Shown here in pieces: positions 56,635 through 64,000 of a stretch of 64,000 nt of DNA. A program made the position numbers and the translations under genes. Under the pieces are notes generated by a model. The model worked only from the letters and a program-made list of their open reading frames with translations, was not told where the DNA came from and searched no databases. This stretch comes from Cyanidioschyzon merolae. Lineage: Eukaryota. Every line of letters starts with the position of its first letter. Position 1 is the stretch's first letter. The stretch lies in the NCBI GenBank assembly GCA_000091205.1, contig AP006501.2, one strand, 5' to 3'.

Positions 56635-58824
56635 CTCGTATATCCGCAGCAAAATCGGATAGTATATCAGCACGATCTTTCTCCAACTGCCAGGGAATCC
56701 AAATCACAGCGTATATATGAGGGTGCAAAAGTCTCACTCGATTGCTGATCCATATCGTACCAGTGCATAGCTCCAGTCGGGAATCCAGAGCCCTCTCTCG
56801 CCGCCACTGATTCTTTTCATCGCAAGCCTTCTGCGTTCCAGTACCATGGCGCCGCGAAGGTCGAACCGATTACTACCTCGAGCGCTCGCTTCATGCAAAA
56901 CCGATGGACGCTCCGGAAGCACGAGACGTTTCCGGGTGCTCGTTGAGACGCCCAAGTCTCCGCGCAGAATGTGCTTGCACGCGTGGCTGCTCGGGGAATC
57001 ACGCCGTTGCCAGCCGCTCACCTGCACCCTCGTCGCTACCTGACGATGCCCCGCTTCCCGCACACCACGTCGTGCATCAGGTTCCGTTTCACATTCATCT
57101 TCTCTACCCGTTTCAGCGTGCACACATTCTTGTGATGCGTATACGTCGTTTTGAACTCATCAACGGGAGCACGTACTGCATCGATTCCTGCACTCGGTGT
57201 GCGCTCTCGCGCAACGAACACGGGTACGTGCTTTGCGCGCAGCAATACGTCGAGCGCCTTCGTCCTCCACCAAACGATGCGACACGTCTGTCGATGCTTT
57301 GTCCAACTGACTGACCACGTAGGCGATTGCACGCCAGTTCGACCTATACAACCGAAACCGTTGGCGGCCCCAGCGCGGTTCGCTGTGCCCCTGCCCCAAG
57401 ATCGTCCGCATGTGCCGCATGGTCGCTAAGGCGCACCCCGGAGCAAGCGTGCAGGGCATCCACTTCAGCTCTGCATCCTGGGGACTGCCTCGACCGCGAA
57501 TGAGCTGTTGGGCAATCCCGCCCGTTTGGCGAAAAGTAGGCGACCACACGATTTCCATGCTGCTGCTACTGCTGATCCTTTCGGAATACTCGCGTGTTCC
57601 TGGTGTGCGAACATCGATGATCCCTGTTAGGGCGCCCGTGTCCAGGTCTGCACGCTTCTCTGAATGAAGTCTCATTGAGAGCGACGAGCACTCGTCCGTC
57701 CCGTAGTAACCGCTCGCTTTTCATGATGTAATCGATCGCGGGTGTGCGTATGAGAGTGTGCGCGTCTCGTTCAACGTACGACGGTCTCACGGAGCAACGT
57801 GCTTTTGCGTCGTCCACCCGTGCCTCTTCATTACCGTCGGTATCGACGGTACAGAATCTTCATATCGTGTGGTTTTTTCTCTGCTTTTTCTGAACGGAAC
57901 TGTGGAGTGGAACGGATTGAAAACGAGCAAGGCTTGTAGGTGGCGTCTGGTACGTTCTCGTTTTGGAGCGCAGTTCTAGGAACAGGCACTACGAGACAGC
58001 TGATTCATGCACTTTATCGGATTGCGTTGCCTTCAGTTAAGAATGACGGCGGTTTGCGCAAGCAAGCCATAAAAAGCTCAAAACGTTTCGCGACTTTCCC
58101 CCGAATCTATAGTACACAATTGCTTGGTTGAACACCTGCGAGAAAAGCAATCGAAACAAAAGCGCGCCCTCGAACAGTTGTTCCAGAATCCACTGCTCTA
58201 AGTTTATAGTCGGTACAACGAGCAGCGGTTCACGACCATGATAGGTACATAGACACCCACTCGCAGACGCCTCACTCTCTCGTCTGACCGGCCGCCTGCT
58301 ATCAGTTCCAGATTCTGCATGTATACCTCGAGCCTGAGAGGCTGCCTCACAAGACGGGCTCGCGCCAGCGCCTCGGGTATCCTCTTCAGCACCGCACATC
58401 GTTTGGTATAGATGGCGGCGTTCACGTCTCGATTCACGAACTCCTTGCGTGCATTGACGCTGGTGGAGCTCAACATTGCAAGAATTCCAAGTACTCGCGC
58501 CCCCTGCGCCACAACAGTCTCGTCATTGTCACGTCTAGCAAACACCTTTTATCGTCTGTGTCCCCTATTCTTCTTTTTTTCCTCGTAACTTGCTTGTCTT
58601 CGCTCGATGATCGGCGATGAGAGGATTTTTTGCGTTTTCTTCGGGCAGCCAGGGATGACGGTCCTCCAGGATCCTCGGCTTTTACGTGCATACCTTCCCC
58701 TTGAATACTGTATTTCTTCAAGATGAACGCGCTTCGAATGAATCTGCGGTAAACCGCGAAGAGGCCGTAAAGGACTCGCACCTGCGGTGGAACATAATAG
58801 AGGTAGCAGACTGTTAGAGACACT
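56635..58824 (-). mobile_element. Copy C (inverted) of the ~2.2-kb repeated non-autonomous Fanzor-tail element
   Basis: Reverse complement of 38827-41010 at ~98% identity. The same set of ORF translations appears on opposite strands. Confidence 0.8.
58204..58545 (-). pseudogene. Fanzor/TnpB C-terminal fragment (RuvC-III) inside copy C
   Basis: The translation is identical to 39108..39449. Confidence 0.75.
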
Positions 58825-58829
58825 CGGGA

Positions 58830-60200
58830 CTGTGCCAGATCATATGCTTTCAATCCAATTTCGTTTCAGCCTCTGCTGCAGCGTATAGCAAGATATCGAA
58901 ATCACTATTGAATGAGCCCTGTAGATCGTAGTCGAATTGCCTGTAGGATATATTCTTTACTGAGCAATACACGGAATACTGCATTCCTTCTGCAGGTCAG
59001 TCATACCACAGTTTCAGATGGTTCAGGAACACTGGAAGGAGAGAAGCATGTACACTACAGGCAAAAACCAATATTCTCGGAGATTGCCTGCTGTCGGTGG
59101 TAGAAAACGTCCCGTTAATCGCCTTACGGAAAGCAAAAAGGACGATGAAAGTCTCCACGGGCGTCTCGGTTACTCAGCAGTTTGTTCGTGTAGTCTTGAA
59201 AACACTGGGATACGCTTACAAGAAAGTCAAAGTTCAATGAACGTCAGCTTCCACCGAAATCGCAACGACAGAATTCTCGGAACGCTGCGATCGATATGAA
59301 GCACAGAGACATTGGTATGTTTTTCAAATCGATGAAACCTTCTTCGGAAAAACGATCGGGGCATGGATGGGTATTCGCTGACTGGGGGCCCGATGCATGC
59401 ATGAAGGTACTCGAAGAGAACGATGATATCTTCATCAGTTCAAGCTGGAATGGATTCATTTGATGGCCTCAGTTTCGCAAGTGAAGAAGGCTCATACAAC
59501 AGCGCCACCAAGTTTGTGGAATCATTAAAGACTTTACTCCTGACGTCTGGCGACGTCCTTCCATTGATCAACATGGTATTTAACAATTCGACTTGGTTTC
59601 GAGCATTTGCGGATCCTGCCTGGGTACAGTAGCTTTTCATCCCTCCGTAATTGCCGTGATTCAACGTCTTCGAATGACCGTTTTGGATCGTGAAACGTAA
59701 TGATCCCTCCGCTGGCCGAATCGCTGAAGCTTTCAGCACACGACGACACACTGGGGCACATTTCGTCTCTCCTACGCAAGAGCTTCACGCTTGAGGAATT
59801 TTCTCACCTGAGTTCATAAAGAATTGTGCTCATTTGAAAATATGTAAAACCCAGGAGACGAGCTGGGGGTGTACAGTTTTGAGGTGGAAATGGAAAAAGA
59901 GCCAGCGGAGCGTTTTAGCGATAGCGAAGCATGGGGAGCTGACGGAGCACCGAATGTCACGTAGGGCACGAGTTCGAGGACTACTTTCTCTGGTGATTTC
60001 CTCCAGCGGCAATTTACGCACTGAGTTCGTGAGCCGAAACTTCAACGTCGCTATCAATATCAGGAGATATGCGGTGCTGAAGACGAGCCCCCAAGACCTG
60101 ACGAAATCTACCTTGGTATTGTAGCCTCTCAGGCTCGAAGTCTACATGGAAAAAGTGACACCATTATCAGGAAGCCGATCACGTTAAGGCGGAGAGGTGT
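58830..60200 (+). pseudogene. Degenerate Fanzor-like pseudogene (X2), uninterrupted paralogue of X1. It ends ~250 bp upstream of ORC1
   Basis: 'RGLLSLVISSSGNLRTEFVSRNFNVAINIRRYAVLKTSP', then after a frameshift 'PLRLEVYMEKV...'. The body 58900-59820 is the reverse complement of 44990-45910. It sits head-to-head with the Fanzor fragment of copy C. Confidence 0.55.
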
Positions 60201-60456
60201 TTGTGCATAGGCATTAATTTAACGTAAACGGCGGGAATTTTTTTGTTCCATTGAACGTGTATGCGTGTGCGTTTTTTCAGGATCTGGCTGTGTTTCTTTA
60301 ACCAGCTCAGCATTCAGCGTCTCGGTTAGTATTGGGTGCCTTGTCTTGTTAGCGGTAGCGCACAGGGCTTAAAGTGGACAGAAACAGCCACAAGGCGGAC
60401 TAAGGAATAGAACAACCAGAGAGCGTTCTTGCACAGCTTGTGCTAGGGAGGACTCG

Positions 60457-62820
60457 ATGCGAAACGGAGCGAGTTGTAAAAGAAAAAAACGTGAAGAGGA
60501 TTTGCAGGGTGGTCTCATGCCTAGGCGAACGCAACTGAAGCGTCGTACCGTGCGAAAGACGGGCGCAAGCTCTCGACCAAGTCTCCCTACAGAGGCCGAA
60601 CAACGGCGTTTCAACTGCGGAGACTATGTGCTTCTGAGGGCTCCGAAAAAGGAATCACAAGATACTGCAGCGGGGGGTAGTCTGTCGCGGACAATAGCCG
60701 CCACAACTCCGAGGGGCCGCAGACGGAGCCAAGGACCTGAGGATGTCGCAGAGATCGATCTGACGACGTGTTGGATCGCTCAGATTCTCAAGATATCGAG
60801 AGAGAGTACAGGGAACGACGAGCGTATCCTGGTAAAATGGTTTTATCGTATGAAAGACCTCTATCACTGGCATACCACGGTAGGCCACGAGGAGGTCTTT
60901 GAGAGCGAGCATCTCGACGAAAATGAGTCCGATTGCGTCGTCGGTCGGTGCCACATCGTTTGCGAAATGGAATGGCGAATGCTTCTAGAAAAGCGCACCC
61001 GAAGCAGTTCTGTGTCAAAGCAAGAGGAGCTTCGGGTCTTCTTATGCCGGGAACGTTATGACTTTATCACGGGGAGCTTTGCACCGTCCACAATGACGAT
61101 CCAGTGGATTCAGGAGCACCAACCAGACTCTAATTTCGTTGCCTCGAGCATTCAGAGAGACAGTTTTAGTCATCGATCATTGCTCGCTCTGCTTCGTTAC
61201 ATGGTTGAAAACAGCTTTCCCGTCGATAATGATGGCGACTGCGCCGAGCAGGTCGATCTTCATGATACCGGCGATGAAGACGCCTGGGATCCTGCAGAAG
61301 AGCGAGCCCTTCAGCTGCGTCTCCGCTCGAGGCAACGTGCAGCGGCCGGCAGATCGCGCGGCAACAACTGTAGCCAGGAGTCAGATATGACGCCGCGTCC
61401 AAGAGCTGGAGGTCAGCTATTACTCTGGCCGTCCGATGTGGGTGCCCACGAGCACCGCCAATCGAGGATTTCAAAGAACGCCGTTGAGTTCGCGGAGGTA
61501 TCTGAGCCAACGGGGTCCGTCCCCCGTCTACTCCAAGTTTCCCGCTTCGGGGCCCCCCGCGTCCAGTTAGTGTGCCGTGACGTCGAGACTGAGCGTGTCT
61601 TGAAGTTCCTAACCGACTGTTTGCGCGGCTCTTCAGAGCGTTGTCTTTATATTTCCGGAGTACCTGGCACCGGCAAGACGGCTGTAGTCCGTTGTGCTGT
61701 ACAACAACTCGAGCAGCGACGTCAGCAGGGTCAGGTACCGCACTTTCAGTACATCGAGATCAACGGCATGACTATCCCTGATCCAACAAGAGCATATAAC
61801 ATTCTCTTACAACGACTGGGGCACCGCAGCACAGGTGCCGCCGGTGGACGACGGCCACCGGCGCCTGCAGAGGCGGCACGTCTGCTCGATCAGCGTTTCC
61901 GTCAGCGCAGAGGCGTCCATAACAGAAAGCATCATTCATCTATCCTAGTGCTTTTAGATGAAATGGATGCACTCGTTCTGAACCATTCCGCAGCGGCGCA
62001 GAGGGTGCTGTATGACTTCCTTGACTGGGCCAGCCGGCCTGCATCAGAACTAGTCATCATTGGTATTGCGAACACCCTCGATCTACCGGAGCGTCTGTTA
62101 CCTCGGCTTGCGTCCAGGCTCGGAATGAACCGTCAGGTGTTCAAACCCTATTCTGTGACCCAGTTGCAGCAGATTCTTCGCCACAAATTGGGGCCCCAGC
62201 TTTTGCAACATTTCGATGAAGACGCATTAGAGCTCTGCACGCGCAGAGTTGCGGCAGTATCTGGAGATATTCGACGAGCACTGGCCATCTGTTTGCATGC
62301 GTATGCTCGCTCGCATAGCGAGGATTGTTCTTTGAGGGCTTCAGAAAACGAGCATGATCGCCTGGTATCTGCTGTGGATATCGATGAGGCAATTAGAGAG
62401 CTGACTCCGAGCTCTGTCCAGAGTGCTGTGAAACAGCTAAGCCAGATCGAGCAGCAGGTCCTCATGAGTGCAGCACTTTGTGGTAGACAGGCAGTGCAGC
62501 AGGGCTCCGAAACTTTCCGTTTCCAACAGATATGGCATAGATTTCGGCAGTTTCACGCCTCCACAGAAGGTCATCCTGCATACCCGTTGCCCTTGCAGGA
62601 CCAGATCGAAGAGGTCTGGCATATCCTCATGGGTCTTTGTGCCTGCAACCTGCTTAGTTGTTCAGTGCCGTCTTCTTCTTGTGCTTACGCTGGATTTGCG
62701 AGTACTCGACTCCCAAATCTGCACGAAAGCCAATTCGTGTTGAACCCGCTTTTTGACGATATTGCATTTGCATTTCGCGAGAACCGTTCATTTGCGCAAG
62801 CTGCTGGGGAACTTGTATGA
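60457..62820 (+). CDS. ORC1: Origin recognition complex subunit 1 (ORC1; BAH domain plus AAA+ ATPase)
   Basis: ATG at 60457. The N-terminal BAH-like region reads '...CWIAQILKI...ILVKWFYRMKDL...CHIVCEMEW'. Walker A 'ISGVPGTGKTAVV', Walker B 'ILVLLDEMDALV', a sensor/arginine finger and a C-terminal winged-helix region follow. The architecture is ORC1 rather than CDC6 because of the BAH domain. Confidence 0.8.
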   Translation: MRNGASCKRKKREEDLQGGLMPRRTQLKRRTVRKTGASSRPSLPTEAEQRRFNCGDYVLLRAPKKESQDTAAGGSLSRTIAATTPRGRRRSQGPEDVAEIDLTTCWIAQILKISRESTGNDERILVKWFYRMKDLYHWHTTVGHEEVFESEHLDENESDCVVGRCHIVCEMEWRMLLEKRTRSSSVSKQEELRVFLCRERYDFITGSFAPSTMTIQWIQEHQPDSNFVASSIQRDSFSHRSLLALLRYMVENSFPVDNDGDCAEQVDLHDTGDEDAWDPAEERALQLRLRSRQRAAAGRSRGNNCSQESDMTPRPRAGGQLLLWPSDVGAHEHRQSRISKNAVEFAEVSEPTGSVPRLLQVSRFGAPRVQLVCRDVETERVLKFLTDCLRGSSERCLYISGVPGTGKTAVVRCAVQQLEQRRQQGQVPHFQYIEINGMTIPDPTRAYNILLQRLGHRSTGAAGGRRPPAPAEAARLLDQRFRQRRGVHNRKHHSSILVLLDEMDALVLNHSAAAQRVLYDFLDWASRPASELVIIGIANTLDLPERLLPRLASRLGMNRQVFKPYSVTQLQQILRHKLGPQLLQHFDEDALELCTRRVAAVSGDIRRALAICLHAYARSHSEDCSLRASENEHDRLVSAVDIDEAIRELTPSSVQSAVKQLSQIEQQVLMSAALCGRQAVQQGSETFRFQQIWHRFRQFHASTEGHPAYPLPLQDQIEEVWHILMGLCACNLLSCSVPSSSCAYAGFASTRLPNLHESQFVLNPLFDDIAFAFRENRSFAQAAGELV

Positions 62821-63179
62821 AATTTTGAATAGTTTGTTCCATACGGCGAAATTTGAATGCTCGCGAGGAATGAGTCGATAGACTCGTGTTGCTGATTTCA
62901 TTGCTATCCTGAATAGACAAAGCATGCTAATCGGAGCACCATCCCCTGGTCCTCCATCGCCTAGAGCTCAGTCTGTCGATGATGCAACGAAAAATGCATC
63001 GTCATTTCCATGTGTCAATGTGCTTATCAGGCTTATTAGAAATAGATGCCCACGAACGAGGACATATGCTATTGAAGCTTAGTAGGAGCAGTTCCCATCG
63101 CCCGTGGCAGTGTCCTTGTTAGCCTTGATAAGAGCATATGCTCAAGGCCGGTGCTAGCAGTTCAACGCTGACTCGTTCT

Positions 63180-63836
63180 TCAGCGCAGGAATTTCGAAGC
63201 GAGAGCACCTGCCATGAGCAAGCCGAGCAATGGCTGCACAACTGGTTGCCAAAGTATGTACCAAACATCCAACAACGCGCTGTATCCGCTGGTCAACTGA
63301 AGAATAACTCCAACAACAAGCCACGCCATGAAAAAGAACACTAAAAAAGCGTCTGCAATCAACAGGTTTGTGAGCCAGCTACGAAGCCTACCAGCGACAG
63401 GTTTTGACTCTCCAACCTGTATTTTTTCCGCGTTGCCAGGACTCTGGCGTCGGAAACGTTCGATATCCGACAGGAGGTCCTTATTGGGGCCGAGCTTTCG
63501 ATCTCCGGGTCGCCTAGAGGTCCCCGGCCCGTTGCCGTTAAGGGCGAAAACTTCACGAGTTGCTGTTCGAGGCCCTCGACCTGCTCTGTGGGCCGCGCTT
63601 CTAAAAAACGCCAACGCGGCGTTCCTTTCGACGTTGTGTATTCCTGACGTAAGAAAATCTTGCCAGTCAAAGCCGCATCGCCGAGTGGTCTGCCCCTTCA
63701 GGGCCGACACTGCGATGAACATGGCCTCCGAGAGAGCGAACCGATGCGCTTGTCCAGTTCCTGAACGAAACGCAAGACTTGTGAGACCCGTGACACCATC
63801 TACCAAAATACATTTATAAGGGATTATAACTGTCAA
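63180..63836 (-). CDS. Hypothetical protein with a C-terminal hydrophobic (TM-like) region
   Basis: 218-aa ORF with no recognisable motif; it may not be a real gene. Confidence 0.2.
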   Translation of the reverse strand: MTVIIPYKCILVDGVTGLTSLAFRSGTGQAHRFALSEAMFIAVSALKGQTTRRCGFDWQDFLTSGIHNVERNAALAFFRSAAHRAGRGPRTATREVFALNGNGPGTSRRPGDRKLGPNKDLLSDIERFRRQSPGNAEKIQVGESKPVAGRLRSWLTNLLIADAFLVFFFMAWLVVGVILQLTSGYSALLDVWYILWQPVVQPLLGLLMAGALASKFLR

Positions 63837-64000
63837 TTTACGAACTTATTTGTACACTCAGTTTTCGCATAAGCACGCACGCTGGGCAACACAGAATTCA
63901 GAATGAAATGGAAAGGGTCGACTTTATTAACTCGGTCGTCTACGCCAAAGTTTAGGCTTTAGCCCTCTCGTATGAGCGCCAGCCTTCACAGGATACGTCT

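Overview
This 64-kb window looks like eukaryotic nuclear DNA from a GC-rich (~55-60%), intron-poor organism with a plastid. Evidence for the plastid is the set of plastid-type genes: PAP/fibrillin, a lumenal-type FKBP, ATP sulfurylase and a geranylgeranyl-reductase-family flavoprotein. Conserved single-exon housekeeping genes are recognisable by their motifs: PCNA, eIF3e, ORC1, a mitochondrial thiamine-pyrophosphate-type carrier, a SPOUT1/C9orf114-like methyltransferase, a CTLH/LisH protein and a RING-H2 E3 ligase. Between these genes the window is an accessory, transposon-rich landscape. The main result is a family of Fanzor-like genes, the eukaryotic TnpB/OMEGA RNA-guided nuclease homologues. 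One near-intact copy of ~800 codons (24972..27377, minus strand) carries RuvC-I, RuvC-II, a zinc finger and the RuvC-III 'RDxNAAxN' motif, split over three overlapping ORF segments. At least five degenerate copies or 3'-terminal fragments sit at ~17500-17950, 38835-39460, 44400-45908, 58204-58818 and 58830-60200. Three of those fragments lie inside a ~2.2-kb repeated non-autonomous element present three times (7212-8784, 38827-41010, 56635-58824 inverted) with no target-site duplication. A frameshifted non-LTR retrotransposon (APE endonuclease plus RT, 45909..50981, minus strand) is nested inside one Fanzor pseudogene between a perfect 15-bp target-site duplication; an inverted paralogue provides the empty site. 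Other structure includes a 1.1-kb perfect-looking inverted repeat bracketing the SPOUT1-like gene, a ~200-bp interspersed repeat (3 copies), several minisatellites and tandem duplications, and a GC dip over the intact Fanzor locus. ORF starts in the supplied track are often GTG/TTG; true ATG starts were re-derived where possible. No homology search or RNA folding could be run, so every call rests on motif recognition in the translations and on repeat comparisons done by eye.
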